Positions 34,627 to 46,738 of a DNA stretch of 64,000 bases are shown one piece after another. Location of the stretch: positions 1-64,000 of the forward strand of contig CBCOSG010000002.1 of the NCBI GenBank assembly GCA_965112735.1. Reading direction: 5' to 3'. The stretch is from Phaeosaccion multiseriatum. Its lineage: Eukaryota; Protista; Ochrophyta, other classes. Under the pieces are notes generated by a model. It was not told the DNA's origin and did no database searches. It saw nothing but the letters and a program-made list of their open reading frames with translations. The first letter of the stretch is position 1, and each line of letters opens with the position of its first letter. The position numbers and the translations under genes were made by a program.

Positions 34627-35316
34627 ATGAAAGAAATTCAAAAAAAAACTGTATTAAAAGAACTTTTAGAAGCTGGAGTACATTTTGGTCATAAAGCTCA
34701 CCGTTGGCATCCAAAAATGTTTCCTTATATTTATACAGAAAAAAATCATGTTCATATTATTGATCTTATTCAAACATATCATTTATTAAAAAAAACATGT
34801 AAATTAGTTGAAGAGGCAACTAAAAAAAAAAAGACAGTTTTATTTGTAGCAACAAAAAGACAAGCTGCCCCTATTATTGAAAAAGAAGCAATACGTTGTG
34901 GCAGTTATTATATTAATCACCGGTGGTTAGGCGGTATGTTAACTAATTGGACTACAATATATAAACGAATTCAATATTTAAATGAACTAGAACAAAGAGA
35001 TAAGGAAGGGTTATTAGACTTATTACCAAAAAAAGAAGCGATAAAAAAGAAAAAAGAACTAAATCGTTTGCACCGATATTTCGATGGAGTTAAAAATATG
35101 GATAACCGACCTGACATTATATTTGTTATTGATCAAAAAAGAGAAATGATTGCTATAAAAGAAGCCCGTTCTCTAAATATCCCTATTATTTCTATTTTGG
35201 ATACAAACTGTAATCCCGATCTAATAACGTACCCTATTCCGGGAAATGATGATGGTATTCGTTCTATAAAATATATTGTAGAAAAAATAGCCGATAGTAT
35301 ATGCTTAGCCCAATAG
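34627..35316 (+). CDS. rps2: 30S ribosomal protein S2
   Basis: [25 protein letters not shown]. Confidence 0.98.
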   Translation: MKEIQKKTVLKELLEAGVHFGHKAHRWHPKMFPYIYTEKNHVHIIDLIQTYHLLKKTCKLVEEATKKKKTVLFVATKRQAAPIIEKEAIRCGSYYINHRWLGGMLTNWTTIYKRIQYLNELEQRDKEGLLDLLPKKEAIKKKKELNRLHRYFDGVKNMDNRPDIIFVIDQKREMIAIKEARSLNIPIISILDTNCNPDLITYPIPGNDDGIRSIKYIVEKIADSICLAQ

Positions 35317-35404
35317 CAAATAAAAATTAACACCTAAGTTCTTATGAAAAAAATTTAAATTTTAAACAGTATTTTATTAATTTTAATTAAAAAACAACGG
35401 AAAC

Positions 35405-36010
35405 ATGAATATACAAATTAGTCCCCAACTAGTTAAAAAACTTAGAACTAAGACTGGGGCTGGAATGATGGACTGTAAGAAAGCTCTTCAGGTAAATGAT
35501 GGAGATTTTGATAAAGCAACTGAAAGTTTACGACAAAAAGGCTTATTATTTGCAGATAAAAAATCTGATAGGCAAGCTAGTGAAGGAATTATATCTAGCT
35601 ATATACATACAGGTGCAAAATTAGGAGTACTGATTGAAGTAAATTGTGAAACTGATTTTGTTGCCCGTCGACCTGAATTTCAAACTTTAGTTAAAAATAT
35701 TTCAATGCAAATTGCTGCATCACCTTCCGTTAATTATGTTTCAACAAAAAATATTCCTGATTTAGTAATAGAGAATGAAAAATCTATTGAATTAGCAAAA
35801 GAAGATTTAATAAATAAATCAGAAGATATAAAAATGAAAATTGTTGAAGGTAGAATAGAAAAATTTTTAAAAACTAAAAGTTTACTAGACCAACCTTTTA
35901 TTAAAAATACGGAAATAACTGTTGAGGAATTAATAAAACAGACTGTTAATCTATTAGGAGAAAATATTCAGGTTTCAAGATTTATAAGATTTGAACTCGG
36001 ACAAACATAG
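35405..36010 (+). CDS. tsf: Elongation factor Ts
   Basis: [23 protein letters not shown]. Confidence 0.98.
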   Translation: MNIQISPQLVKKLRTKTGAGMMDCKKALQVNDGDFDKATESLRQKGLLFADKKSDRQASEGIISSYIHTGAKLGVLIEVNCETDFVARRPEFQTLVKNISMQIAASPSVNYVSTKNIPDLVIENEKSIELAKEDLINKSEDIKMKIVEGRIEKFLKTKSLLDQPFIKNTEITVEELIKQTVNLLGENIQVSRFIRFELGQT

Positions 36011-36038
36011 AGATTTAGATTCAAAATTTGTTTTGGAC

Positions 36039-36089
36039 TAGAAAATATTTTTATTTAATATTATTAATATTAAATAAAAATATTTTCTA
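36039..36089. terminator. Perfect 24-bp hairpin between convergent tsf and rps10
   Basis: tagaaaatatttttatttaatatt-att-aatattaaataaaaatattttcta. Confidence 0.75.
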
Positions 36090-36401
36090 ATCTAAAACGA
36101 ATTTAATAGATACTCCAGCAGGTAAATTGACTTGCAAAAAGTCCGTGGGATCTTGGCCGGACTTAGGGTAGATATCTAAAATTCTTTTATACCTTCTTAT
36201 CTCAAATTGTTCACGTGAATCTTTATTTACATGGGGAGAACGAAGAACACAATAAATTCTTCGCCGCGTAGGAAATGGGATGGCACCTTTAATATTTTGT
36301 TTTATTTCAGTTTTTAATATTTCAGTTTTTAATATTTTACAAGATTCATCTAAAATTTGATAATCAAATGATTGTAAAAAGATACGAATTTTTTTTTGCA
36401 T
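36087..36401 (-). CDS. rps10: 30S ribosomal protein S10
   Basis: CVLRSPHVNKDSREQFE. Confidence 0.97.
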   Translation of the reverse strand: MQKKIRIFLQSFDYQILDESCKILKTEILKTEIKQNIKGAIPFPTRRRIYCVLRSPHVNKDSREQFEIRRYKRILDIYPKSGQDPTDFLQVNLPAGVSIKFVLD

Positions 36402-36439
36402 ATAATTATGTTTTTATAATAAAAATAAAAATTTTATAG

Positions 36440-37672
36440 TTATTTTATAATGCTTGAAACTACTCCTGCCCCGACTGTTCTACCACCTTCACGGATAGCA
36501 AATCTCATGCCAGATTCGATTGCGATAGGGGCAATTAATTCGGCTTCCATTTTAATTCGATCACCAGGCATAACCATCTCTACACTACCACCATCATCGT
36601 ATGTAAATTCTATAATTTGACCTGTTACATCAGTTGTTCTTACATAAAATTGTGGTCGATACCCGGTGAAAAATGGTGTATGACGGCCACCTTCTTCTTT
36701 TGTCAAAATATAAACTTCAGAGTTAAATCTAGTGTGAGGAGTAATTGTACCTGGTTTTGCTAAAACCATACCCCGTTGAATGTTTTCTTTTTGTAAACCA
36801 CGTAATAAAAGACCAACGTTATCACCTGCGAAACCTTCGTCTAGTGTTTTCTGGAACATTTCAACTCCAGTTACAGTTGTTGAACGTGTTTCTTCTAATC
36901 CAACTAACTCGATAGTTTCACCAACTTTAACCATTCCTCTTTCAATTCTTCCAGTTGCAACAGTTCCACGTCCCGTAATCGAGAACACATCTTCTACTGC
37001 CATTAAAAATGCTTTATCTATATCACGTTCAGGTGTAGGTATATAATCATCAACAGCATCCATTAAAGCATAGATTTTATCTACCCAACTATTTGATCCA
37101 CGTGTAATAGTTTTATCAGATTCGATAGCATTTAATGCTTGTAAAGCAGATCCTGGTTGAATAGGAATATCATCCCCTGGAAACTCATAATCAGATAATA
37201 ATTCACGAACTTCTAGTTCAACTAATTCTAATAATTCTGCATCATCTACTTGATCTTCTTTATTTAAAAAGACAACAATATGGGGAACACCAACTTGTTT
37301 AGATAATAAAATATGCTCACGAGTTTGCGGCATTGGACCATCAGCAGCTGATACAACTAAAATAGCTCCATCCATCTGTGCAGCTCCTGTAATCATATTT
37401 TTTACATAGTCAGCATGCCCCGGACAATCTACATGGGCATAATGACGTTTTTCAGTTTCATATTCAACATGGGCCGTATTAATTGTAATACCACGTGCTC
37501 TTTCTTCAGGAGCAGCATCAATCTCATCGTATTTTTTAGCAGTAGTAGACTCAGTCCCTAAAGCTAAAGTAGAGGTTATTGCTGCTGTTAAAGTAGTTTT
37601 ACCATGATCTACATGTCCAATCGTCCCAATATTTATATGAGGTTTATTACGTTCAAATTTTCCACGGGCCAT
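36440..37672 (-). CDS. tufA: Elongation factor Tu
   Basis: [21 protein letters not shown]. Confidence 0.99.
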   Translation of the reverse strand: MARGKFERNKPHINIGTIGHVDHGKTTLTAAITSTLALGTESTTAKKYDEIDAAPEERARGITINTAHVEYETEKRHYAHVDCPGHADYVKNMITGAAQMDGAILVVSAADGPMPQTREHILLSKQVGVPHIVVFLNKEDQVDDAELLELVELEVRELLSDYEFPGDDIPIQPGSALQALNAIESDKTITRGSNSWVDKIYALMDAVDDYIPTPERDIDKAFLMAVEDVFSITGRGTVATGRIERGMVKVGETIELVGLEETRSTTVTGVEMFQKTLDEGFAGDNVGLLLRGLQKENIQRGMVLAKPGTITPHTRFNSEVYILTKEEGGRHTPFFTGYRPQFYVRTTDVTGQIIEFTYDDGGSVEMVMPGDRIKMEAELIAPIAIESGMRFAIREGGRTVGAGVVSSIIK

Positions 37673-37736
37673 ATGTTCTCCTATTTTTTTTAGCTTAAAA
37701 TACTTTTGGCGATTTATTAATAGTTAATTTATTAGT

Positions 37737-38216
37737 TTAACGACGGTAACGACGGTAATGAGAAAAAGCTTTATTTGCTTCGGCCATTCGATGAGTTTCT
37801 TCTTTTTTACGTATTGAATTACCTCGACCTTTAGAGGCATCGATTATTTCTGTCGCTAATTTTATGGCCATACTACGACCAGGACGAGCTCGTGAAAAAT
37901 GTACAATCCAGCGTAAAGCTAAAATTGTGGCCCGATATCGACTAACTTCAACAGGAACTTGGTAAGTCGAAGCACGAACTCTGGTACTCCGTAATTCCAT
38001 ATTTGGACTTACATTTTTTACTGCTTTTTCAAATACCCAAAGTGGTTTTAAGTTAGTACGTTTTTTAATTTGTAAAAATGCATCATAAATAATATTTTGG
38101 GCCAAAGATTTTTTCCCACTTTTTAAGATACGGACAGTTAATAGACTAATTAAATAACTGTTTAATAATGGGTCTGAATTTGGAAATTTTTGCTGCCAAT
38201 TGTTACGACGTGACAT
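37737..38216 (-). CDS. rps7: 30S ribosomal protein S7
   Basis: TYQVPVEV, HRMAEANKAF. Confidence 0.97.
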   Translation of the reverse strand: MSRRNNWQQKFPNSDPLLNSYLISLLTVRILKSGKKSLAQNIIYDAFLQIKKRTNLKPLWVFEKAVKNVSPNMELRSTRVRASTYQVPVEVSRYRATILALRWIVHFSRARPGRSMAIKLATEIIDASKGRGNSIRKKEETHRMAEANKAFSHYRRYRR

Positions 38217-38239
38217 AATTTTATTGCTCCTTATAAATA

Positions 38240-38620
38240 TTACACTTTTATAATTGGTTTTTTAGCTCCATACTTAGAACGTCTTTGTAAACGACCCTGA
38301 ACCCCAGTGGTATCTAGTGTACCCCGAATTACATGATAGCGGACACCAGGTAAATCTTTAACCCTACCACCTCTTAATAAAACAACTGAATGTTCTTGGA
38401 GATTATGGCCAACTCCTGGGATATAAGCTGTAACTTCAAATCCAGATGTTAAACGAATTCTTGCAACTTTTCTTAAAGCAGAATTGGGTTTTTTTGGAGT
38501 TATTACATAAATGCGTGTACAAACTCCTTTGCGTTGTGGACAACTTTTTAAAGCCGGTGATTTTGTTTTTTTCTCAATTTTTTTACGTTTTGTTCTTATT
38601 AATTGTTGAATTGTTGGCAT
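38240..38620 (-). CDS. rps12: 30S ribosomal protein S12
   Basis: [21 protein letters not shown]. Confidence 0.99.
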   Translation of the reverse strand: MPTIQQLIRTKRKKIEKKTKSPALKSCPQRKGVCTRIYVITPKKPNSALRKVARIRLTSGFEVTAYIPGVGHNLQEHSVVLLRGGRVKDLPGVRYHVIRGTLDTTGVQGRLQRRSKYGAKKPIIKV

Positions 38621-38670
38621 TTGTAGATAAAAAATAGTAAATTTATAGTAACTGATTAAACATATGGGCG

Positions 38671-38883
38671 TTATGATTTTAAAGTATCGTATTTTTTTTG
38701 GAAGCGTTCTACTCTTCCTTCAGTATCAATAATACGTTGAGATCCAGTATAAAAGGGGTGATTACCTGACCAAATATCAACATGTAACTCTTTTTTTGTT
38801 GAGCCTATAACCATTATTAATTGTCCATCACAATATACTTTAGAATCTTCAAACCAAACAGGATGAATATTTTTTTTTGGCAT
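38671..38883 (-). CDS. rpl31: 50S ribosomal protein L31
   Basis: [22 protein letters not shown]. Confidence 0.97.
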   Translation of the reverse strand: MPKKNIHPVWFEDSKVYCDGQLIMVIGSTKKELHVDIWSGNHPFYTGSQRIIDTEGRVERFQKKYDTLKS

Positions 38884-38911
38884 AATTTTTTTTTATTAAA
38901 AATATAATATA

Positions 38912-39337
38912 TTAACGTTTTGAAAACTGTGAAGCTTTTCGAGCTTTTTTTAAACCATATTTTCTACGTTCTTTAATTCTTGAATCTCGACTTAAGAATC
39001 CATCAACTTTTAATTTAGATCTAAATTGTTGTTTGTCAATTTTACAAATAGCGCGTGCAATTCCTAATTTAATTGCATCGGTCTGGCCAATTAATCCACC
39101 CCCGTGTACATTTATTACGATTTTATATTGTTTTAATAACCCAGTTTTTTTTAGTGGTAATAAAATTTTACTTAAATAAGTAGAATTTTCTTGTAGATAG
39201 TTTTCACCATATTTCCCATTAATTTCAAGGATTGTTTGAATATTATCGTTGTGGATTGGGGTTAAAGATACAATTGCCGTTGCTGTTTTTCGTCGGCCAA
39301 TAGCCAATACAAAATTTTTATTTAATTGTGTTTTCAT
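38912..39337 (-). CDS. rps9: 30S ribosomal protein S9
   Basis: GRRKTA, KERRKYGLKKARKASQFSKR. Confidence 0.97.
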   Translation of the reverse strand: MKTQLNKNFVLAIGRRKTATAIVSLTPIHNDNIQTILEINGKYGENYLQENSTYLSKILLPLKKTGLLKQYKIVINVHGGGLIGQTDAIKLGIARAICKIDKQQFRSKLKVDGFLSRDSRIKERRKYGLKKARKASQFSKR

Positions 39338-39341
39338 ATTT

Positions 39342-39773
39342 TTATGGTTTAATAGTTATTATGTTTTGCTGACTATGTGGATGTTGGCTGCCAGCATAAA
39401 CTTTTAATTTTGTAAATAACTTTCTACCTAAACGAGTTTTAGGTAACATACCTTTAATTGCTTTTTCAACAATTTTTTCTGGAATGCGCTTTTGCAATTG
39501 TTCAAAAGTTTCAATAGTTTTACCACCTGGTCTACCAGAATGCCGCATATAAATTTTTTGGATATATTTTTTCCCAGTAACTTTTACTTTATCAGCATTT
39601 ATAATAATAATATAATTATTCATTTGCTGATATGGTGTGTAAAAAATTTTATTTTTTCCGGATAAATATGTTGCAACCTGTGTAGCTAATCTTCCCAAAG
39701 GTTGTTCACTTGCATCTATAATATGCCATTTTGTTTCAATAGAATTTTTGGATGGAATAAAGGTATCTTTCAT
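39342..39773 (-). CDS. rpl13: 50S ribosomal protein L13
   Basis: WHIIDA..QPLGRLA, HSGRPGG, GMLPK. Confidence 0.97.
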   Translation of the reverse strand: MKDTFIPSKNSIETKWHIIDASEQPLGRLATQVATYLSGKNKIFYTPYQQMNNYIIIINADKVKVTGKKYIQKIYMRHSGRPGGKTIETFEQLQKRIPEKIVEKAIKGMLPKTRLGRKLFTKLKVYAGSQHPHSQQNIITIKP

Positions 39774-39824
39774 AAATTTATTAAGTTAATTTCTTTATTA
39801 TTAGGATTATATATATAAAAAAAA

Positions 39825-41108
39825 TCATTGTCTAGTACTTATTAAAAGTCCGTTAGGAAAAAAAAACTTTGTATTTTTCTTTACTGAAGAATCCTCTAAT
39901 TTTTCTATAACTTCTTTACCTAAGTAATTAATTAATTTCTCTGTAACTTCTTCTAATGATTTTACACCAAAATTTTTAATTTGAATTAAATCTTTTTTTG
40001 AGTATTTTAATAAATCCCTAACTAATTTTATATTTTCTTTCTCTAAACTATTTAAGACTCTCTTAGAAAGGTTTAGTTTTTCAATGGAATTTTTTAATTT
40101 ACTGTTATATGGATATATATCTTTATCAATATCATCATCTAAAGTTTTTTCGATATACCCTTTTTTAGTATTATTGGGAACAGTTTCTTTTAACTGTGCA
40201 TATACTTTATATTTATCTTTTAGAATTTTTTCTTCACGCTGATCATTCGATAGAATGAAAGAAGTTTTATTGTTTAAAATTTGAATTTTTTCTTCACCTA
40301 TTTTATTTATACCTGTATTTATTTTATTTATATTTTCTCGAATTATTTGAGGTTTTACTATAAATTTTTGTGGGATATCATCCCAAAAAGGTATTGGATT
40401 TATTATTTCAGTTTCTTCTAATAATAATGTTTGAATATTTTGGAACCAATTTATTATATTTTCCGAAGCATCGTATAGTGCATTATCTGGACTGATACTT
40501 CCATTAGTCCAGATATCTAAAAATAAATCTTCGTGACTTACTTTATTTTCAAAAAAAATATTTTCAATTTTGAAATCAACTTGAGAAACTGGCATAAAAA
40601 TAGCATCAGTACGAAGAAAATCTAAAGGTTCATTTACTATTTTTTCTTCCATTAATTTATAACCTTTACCCCATGCGATTTTAATCTCCATTTCTAAAGT
40701 TACTGGATCCGTTATAGTAGCAATATATTGATTAGGATTTTTTAATTTTAAACTCGAAGAAAATTGAAATTGGTCAGCTGTAACTATTGTAGGTCCAGAA
40801 ATTTTTAATCTTGCAATAAAAGATTGATTTTTCGGGTTATCAGATGTGAAAATTAATTCTTTTAAATTTAATAGAACTTCTAATACATCTTCCCGAACTC
40901 CCGGAATCGAAGAAAATTCATGATTTACTCCTGCAATCCTGATTCCGACAACACTTAAGCCTGCTAAATCTGTAAGAAGAACTCGTCGAAAAATATTGCC
41001 AATGGTTATGCCATGCCCTTTTTCAATGGGAGTTATCAAGAACCGACCAAAATGTTCAGTAGGACTTTTCTTATCTGCCAGAATATACTCACAACGAATA
41101 CTGTTCAT
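39825..41108 (-). CDS. rpoA: RNA polymerase alpha (elongated)
   Basis: GITIGNIFRRVLL, HEFSSIPGVREDV, WTNGSISP, IKNFGVKS. Confidence 0.95.
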   Translation of the reverse strand: MNSIRCEYILADKKSPTEHFGRFLITPIEKGHGITIGNIFRRVLLTDLAGLSVVGIRIAGVNHEFSSIPGVREDVLEVLLNLKELIFTSDNPKNQSFIARLKISGPTIVTADQFQFSSSLKLKNPNQYIATITDPVTLEMEIKIAWGKGYKLMEEKIVNEPLDFLRTDAIFMPVSQVDFKIENIFFENKVSHEDLFLDIWTNGSISPDNALYDASENIINWFQNIQTLLLEETEIINPIPFWDDIPQKFIVKPQIIRENINKINTGINKIGEEKIQILNNKTSFILSNDQREEKILKDKYKVYAQLKETVPNNTKKGYIEKTLDDDIDKDIYPYNSKLKNSIEKLNLSKRVLNSLEKENIKLVRDLLKYSKKDLIQIKNFGVKSLEEVTEKLINYLGKEVIEKLEDSSVKKNTKFFFPNGLLISTRQ

Positions 41109-41126
41109 TAATAACCTCCCTATTTT

Positions 41127-41506
41127 TTAAACTCTTCGTTTATTTGGAGGTCTGCATCCATTATAAGGAACTCCAGTAACATCCTTAATAGATTTAATTT
41201 TAATTCCAGTTACTTGTAATTTTCGAATTGCTGCTTCTCGACCAGACGGTTTTCCTTTGACTAAAACATGAACTTTTTTTAAACCATAACCAGCTACTTT
41301 AAATATAGCTTTTTCTGTTGCTGATTGGGCAGCATAAGGAGTACTTTTTCTACTATGTTGAAAACCAGCACAACCCGCTGATGACCAGCCTAAAGTATTG
41401 CCGCCTAAATCAGTAATTGTAACAATAGTATTATTATTTGTTATCTTTATATGCACAATTCCAACTCTAACTTTCCGTTTTATTTTTTTTTTAATCTTGG
41501 TATCAT
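41127..41506 (-). CDS. rps11: 30S ribosomal protein S11, frameshift at T10 41483-41492
   Basis: NNTIVTITD, WSSAG, KSTPYAAQ, NGCRPP; ATG at 41506 (MIPRLKK) joins if one base is added. Confidence 0.93.
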
Positions 41507-41532
41507 TATGTTTATTTAGACTTAATGTATAA

Positions 41533-41913
41533 TCAGTTTTTCTTTTTCATTAGAGGATTTTTACTTTGTTTTCGAGTTCTAGCATTCGTTTTTGTACGCT
41601 GTCCCCGAACTGGTAATCCTGCACGAAGACGGCGTCCTCGAATAGAACCATTTTCCATTAATCTTTTTATACTTAAAAACTTAAAACGTCTTAATTCTCC
41701 TTCTAATTTATAATCAGTTTCTAAAATATTTCTTATAGTACTAATATCGCTATCAGATAAATCTTTTACTTTTAATACCTTTTGATTTATATCAATTAAA
41801 TTACTTTTTTCTAAAATTTCTTCTGCTCGTGCTACTCCAATCCCATAAATGGAAGTCAAAGCATATTTAACTCGTTTTTCCGGTAGTAAATCAATTCCGA
41901 GAATTCTAACCAC
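41533..41913 (-). CDS. rps13: 30S ribosomal protein S13 (GTG start)
   Basis: LTSIYGIG, GLPVRGQRTKTNART. Confidence 0.97.
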   Translation of the reverse strand: MVRILGIDLLPEKRVKYALTSIYGIGVARAEEILEKSNLIDINQKVLKVKDLSDSDISTIRNILETDYKLEGELRRFKFLSIKRLMENGSIRGRRLRAGLPVRGQRTKTNARTRKQSKNPLMKKKN

Positions 41914-41936
41914 TATTTGCTCCTTATATTTAATAT

Positions 41937-42050
41937 TTATCCTTGTTTTTGTTTATGTTTAGCATTTACACAGATTACCCGTAATTTTCCATGTCTTCTA
42001 ATAACTCTACATTTATCACACATTTTTTTAACTGATGGTCGTACTTTCAT
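41937..42050 (-). CDS. rpl36: 50S ribosomal protein L36
   Basis: Hand-translated [37 protein letters not shown]. Confidence 0.97.
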   Translation of the reverse strand: MKVRPSVKKMCDKCRVIRRHGKLRVICVNAKHKQKQG

Positions 42051-42097
42051 TTTTTTTCTTTATAATATTTATAATGGAATCCTAAATTAAACAAACT

Positions 42098-43440
42098 TTA
42101 TTCTATTGTTTCATTTTTTGCTAACCTTTTAATCTTTCTTGTCATTTTTTCAACAGTATAGAAACCTTTAAATCGTCTTAGGCTATCAAGCAAGACACTT
42201 ATCAAAATAATTTGAGAATTCATACCAATTCCTTTAAAATTAGTAATATTAATACTCCGAGATTCTCCTACTATATTTAATATAAAAAAAATCATAAAAA
42301 ATGCTAAAGCATTTAATTTAGATAAATAATCGATCGTTTTTTTTAAATAACTTGTAGTAGATTTCCCAGGATTAATTTTTTTAATAATTACTGAGTTTTT
42401 ACGTAATTGTTCAGAAATTTCCTCTGGATCTAAAATTAATTTAGAATATAATTTAGTAAAAAATAAAATAGTTATACCGTATAGTATTAAATAAAAAATA
42501 GAATTCTGTGAGGTAATCAAATTAATTATTCCTAACGGCAAAGAAAACTTAGATAAAATAGGTCCTAAAGTCTGACCTAAAGAATAGAAGATAGCCATTG
42601 CTGAAGAAGTAAAAATTAATGGCATTACACCGCCCGGGTTAATCCTTAATGGTAAAGTATTTTGTGTTTTAAAAAAAAACTTTTTTTTTTCATCATAATT
42701 TACTAACATTTGGCGAGCAGATAGTAATGGTAAATCAATAACTCCTTCATCAATTAAAACACAACTGAGAGCAATAAAAAAAAATGCAATTAAAATAATT
42801 GCTCGATTGATATTATTATCGGTATTCTTAAGCAAATTAAGATTTTCCTGTAATTGGTTTGGCAGACTAGATGCTATATTAAAACAGATTAACAATGATG
42901 GGCCATTACCTAAACCATCTTTTGTAAGAATTTCACTAAACCATAAAAGAATCATCGAACCAGTAATCAAGCATAGACTAATTTGGCTACCAACAAATAT
43001 ATTAGAATCAAAAAAATTTCTTAACGTATAAGTTTGTGAGATACTTTGAAAAATAGCACAAAAAAAGTTAAATATCTTAGATAATTATTAATTTTTCTTC
43101 GGCCGTAATCCCCATCTTCACGTAATTGAGATAGTTTTGGGTTAAATTTAATTAATAATTGAGTTATAATCGAAGCATTAATATAGGGTAACATACCAAG
43201 ACTAAATAAATTTACGGAATTAAGATTTCCACCTAAGGAACTATTTGGTTTATAATCAAGATCCTTAATGGAATCAAAAAAAGTTTTATAATCAATGTAA
43301 GGAATAGGAATAAAATTAACACTATGAACAATTAATAAAAGTGCGATAGTTAAAATTACTCTATTATTCAAAGATGGAGTTTTTTGTGTCCTATCACGCA
43401 AAATTAAATCCTGCCCTAGTTTATTCGTTTTATTCTTCAT
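42098..43440 (-). CDS. secY: Preprotein translocase SecY, frameshift at A7 43060-43066
   Basis: FSLGMLPYINASII, GLGNGPSL, GVMPLIF; the two ORFs join with one added base. Confidence 0.92.
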
Positions 43441-43445
43441 AAATG

Positions 43446-44109
43446 TTATTTATATTTAAGATAATTTTGAAGCTTTTCTAAAGAGATATTTCTTTCTTCA
43501 GCAATCATATTAGTAGTTTTTAAAGATTGGAGTGCTGTAATTGTTGCTCGGGCATTATTTAATAAATTTTTTGCCCCAAGCTGTTTAGCCAAAATATTTT
43601 TTATTCCTGCTAATTCTAATACAACACGGATAGAACTTCCAGCAATTACACCAACTCCTGAACTGGCTGGTTTAATAAAAACTTTAGTAGCTCCATTACT
43701 TCCATTTATAACATGTGGAATACTTTTATTTTGTGTAATAGGTATAATGATTAAATTTTTATTAGCATCATTTACCGCTTTTTGAATAGCACTACCAACT
43801 TCGTCGGCCTTTCCAACTCCAACTCCTACAGTATTTTTTTTATTCCCCATAATTATAATAGTTCGAAAACTTAATTTTTTTCCGCCTTTTACCACTTTCG
43901 ATACCCTTTGAATTTGGACAATTTGCTTTTGCCATTCATATTTTTTTTCTTTTTTTAGTAGGTTCGCGCTGTATATGGGTATTTTCGCGATCCTTATCTC
44001 TTTTTTGTTGTTGATTGATATTACTAGATACGGAATTTCTTTTAATTATTTTCTCAGAACTAGATGCAGAAGAATTTGATTTTTGAATAATTGTGGATTT
44101 ATCAATCAT
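43446..44109 (-). CDS. rps5: 30S ribosomal protein S5, frameshift in T-runs 43941-43956
   Basis: QRVSKVVKGGKKLSFR, VGVGVGKA, GVIAG; upstream ATG 44109 is out of frame across the homopolymers. Confidence 0.9.
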
Positions 44110-44171
44110 AGATATCTTTATGTTATTAATAATATAATATTAAATTTGTAAATTTTAAATAAGGTTTAATG

Positions 44172-44504
44172 CTAAAATTTTAGACCGGCACTTCTTGCTC
44201 CTTCTGCAAGTGCTTGAATATTTCCATGATAAAATTTATTACAACGATCAAAAATAACCTTCTCAATTTTTTTTTCTAATAATCTCTGCCCAATTAGAAG
44301 TCCAACTTGTGTTGATGCATCTATAGGCTTAATTGATCCAACTTCTGATTTAATTTCATGGTCTAAAGTAGAGCAAGAAGCGATTGTTTGACCTGCACCA
44401 TCATCAATAACTTGGGCATATATGTGTTTATTTGAGCGAAATACAGATAATCTTGGACGTTCTGCAGTACCTTTTATTTTTCTTACTTTATTTCTTTTTC
44501 CCAT
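44172..44504 (-). CDS. rpl18: 50S ribosomal protein L18
   Basis: [20 protein letters not shown]. Confidence 0.97.
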   Translation of the reverse strand: MGKRNKVRKIKGTAERPRLSVFRSNKHIYAQVIDDGAGQTIASCSTLDHEIKSEVGSIKPIDASTQVGLLIGQRLLEKKIEKVIFDRCNKFYHGNIQALAEGARSAGLKF

Positions 44505-44506
44505 TT

Positions 44507-45043
44507 TTACTTACCAGTTTTTCCTACTTTTCTTTTAATAATTTCACCTTGATAAGCAATTCCTTTCCCTTTGTAAGGTTCTGGAGGTCGTTTGGAACGA
44601 ATTGTTGCAGCTAACTGCCCAATTACTTCTTTATCAATACCTTGCAATTTAATAATGGTATTATTTTGCACTGTTATAGAAACTCCTGTTGGTGTTTCTA
44701 TAATAACGGGGTGGCTGTAGCCTAAATTTAAAATTAATTGATTTCCTTTAACTTGGGAACGATATCCTACCCCTGTAATAACAAGTTCTTTTTCAAATTT
44801 TTCTGAAACACCTGTTACCATATTATTAACTAATGTTCGTGATAAACCAAAAAGTTCTTTTGCAGTCCTAGAATTTTCACTTTTTTTTATCCAAATGAAA
44901 TCATCTTTTTGTTCTATAATAATTAAAGGCGATAAAGTTCGTGATAATATTCCATGTGGTCCTGAAACTTCTATAGTCTGTTTATCAAGTTTAACTTTTA
45001 CTGTTGACGGGATTTTAATGGGCAATTTTCCAATTCTAGACAT
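44507..45043 (-). CDS. rpl6: 50S ribosomal protein L6
   Basis: MSRIGKLPI (true start 45043), [11 protein letters not shown]. Confidence 0.97.
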   Translation of the reverse strand: MSRIGKLPIKIPSTVKVKLDKQTIEVSGPHGILSRTLSPLIIIEQKDDFIWIKKSENSRTAKELFGLSRTLVNNMVTGVSEKFEKELVITGVGYRSQVKGNQLILNLGYSHPVIIETPTGVSITVQNNTIIKLQGIDKEVIGQLAATIRSKRPPEPYKGKGIAYQGEIIKRKVGKTGK

Positions 45044-45059
45044 AATTAATATAAAATTT

Positions 45060-45464
45060 TTACCATATATAACATATAACTTCACCACCGAGTCCTAAAC
45101 TTCTTGCTGTATGATTTGTCATAACTCCTTTTGAAGTTGATAAAATTGCTGTTCCTAGATTTCCAAGTACATTAGGTAAATTTTTGTGATTAACATAGAT
45201 TCGAAGGCCAGGTTTACTAACCCGTTTGATCATATTAATAATCGGCTGACGATTTTGTTTTTTATATTTCAACGTAATTAGTAAACATTTATGTTTTTGT
45301 TCAGCTTCTTTAATTACTTCAAACTGTTCAATATAACCTTCTTCTTTTAAAATTTTAGAGATAGCTAAATTTACTTTTGTATTTAAGACTGGAACAATCC
45401 GGTGCCTTACTAAACTTGCATTCCGAATCCGTGTTAACATATCGGCAATTGTATCTGTTACCAT
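45060..45464 (-). CDS. rps8: 30S ribosomal protein S8
   Basis: [21 protein letters not shown]. Confidence 0.98.
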   Translation of the reverse strand: MVTDTIADMLTRIRNASLVRHRIVPVLNTKVNLAISKILKEEGYIEQFEVIKEAEQKHKCLLITLKYKKQNRQPIINMIKRVSKPGLRIYVNHKNLPNVLGNLGTAILSTSKGVMTNHTARSLGLGGEVICYIW

Positions 45465-45513
45465 TTTAATCTCCTTATTTTAATATATTTTAAAATTTTT
45501 GTTTATCTATTCT

Positions 45514-46053
45514 CTAATTAAAAGGAAAACCAAATTCTTTTAATAAAGAATACCCTTCATTTTTTGTTTTTGCACTTGTTACAATTGTAATATTAAACCC
45601 ACGATTTTTATCAATATTTTCATAATTTATCTCAGGAAACACTAATTGATCCTTTAAGGCAAAATTATAATTCCCGCATTTATCAAAACCCTTAGATTCT
45701 AACCCTCGGAAATCACGAATTCTTGGTAAAACTAAATGAATTAATTTTTCTAAAAAATTAAACATTTTAGAACCACGAAGGGTCACTGTTACTCCTAAAT
45801 TAGTATTTTCCCGAACTTTAAAACCGGCTATAGAATTTTTAGATTTTGTAACAACTGGTTTTTGTCCACTAATAAGTTTAATTTCTTCGATAGATTTTTT
45901 TAAAATCGAACTATTTTGAGCATCATTTCCTAATCCACGATTAATTTGAATTTTAATTAATTTGGGAACTTGGTGTACATTTTTATAATTAAAATTAGAA
46001 ATTAAATTTGGTACAATTTTTTCTTTATATATTTGTTTAAACTTAATAGCCAT
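45514..46053 (-). CDS. rpl5: 50S ribosomal protein L5
   Basis: SGQKPVVT, LPRIRDFRG. Confidence 0.98.
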   Translation of the reverse strand: MAIKFKQIYKEKIVPNLISNFNYKNVHQVPKLIKIQINRGLGNDAQNSSILKKSIEEIKLISGQKPVVTKSKNSIAGFKVRENTNLGVTVTLRGSKMFNFLEKLIHLVLPRIRDFRGLESKGFDKCGNYNFALKDQLVFPEINYENIDKNRGFNITIVTSAKTKNEGYSLLKEFGFPFN

Positions 46054-46079
46054 AATTATTCTTAGTATTATAAATTATT

Positions 46080-46331
46080 TTATTGGTCCCATTTTTTAAC
46101 ATTAGAACTATGGATAGGGTATTCTTGTATAGTTATTTTTCCTTTAACATTACCGTCCTGTTTAATTTTATTATGCTTTGTTTTTTTATTTACGCGGTCT
46201 ACAATAATTTTACCAGTAGTAGGAAATGATTGTTGTACTACACCTATTTCTCCTTTTTGTTTACCCGAAATAATTTTTACTACATCCCCATTTTTAACAT
46301 GCATTTTATATACTGTACTATTTTTTTTCAT
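46080..46331 (-). CDS. rpl24: 50S ribosomal protein L24
   Basis: GDVVKIISGKQKG, PIHSSNV. Confidence 0.95.
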   Translation of the reverse strand: MKKNSTVYKMHVKNGDVVKIISGKQKGEIGVVQQSFPTTGKIIVDRVNKKTKHNKIKQDGNVKGKITIQEYPIHSSNVKKWDQ

Positions 46332-46697
46332 TTAAATTACCTCAGGTGCTAAAGAAATAAGTTTTGTAAATTCTCTATCTCGAATTTCTCTTGCAATAGG
46401 GCCAAAAATTCTTGTTCCTCGAGGGTTTTTTTCTAACGTTATAATAACTACTGCGTTATCATCAAAACGGATACTTGTTCCATCATTTCTCTTAATAGTC
46501 TTTTTCGTTCTAACAACAACTGCTCGAACAATATCTGACCTTTTTACTCCCATATTAGGATTTGCATCTTTAATAACACCAATGATGACATCGCCCACTT
46601 TAGCATATTTTCGATTTCCGCCTAAAACCCGGATACACATAATTTTTTTTGCGCCTGTATTATCCGCTACTGTTAGATATGATTGAGGTTGTATCAT
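46332..46697 (-). CDS. rpl14: 50S ribosomal protein L14
   Basis: [21 protein letters not shown]. Confidence 0.98.
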   Translation of the reverse strand: MIQPQSYLTVADNTGAKKIMCIRVLGGNRKYAKVGDVIIGVIKDANPNMGVKRSDIVRAVVVRTKKTIKRNDGTSIRFDDNAVVIITLEKNPRGTRIFGPIAREIRDREFTKLISLAPEVI

Positions 46698-46738
46698 GTA
46701 AAGTTTTCTAGAATTTAAATATTTATAAAAAAGTTGTA

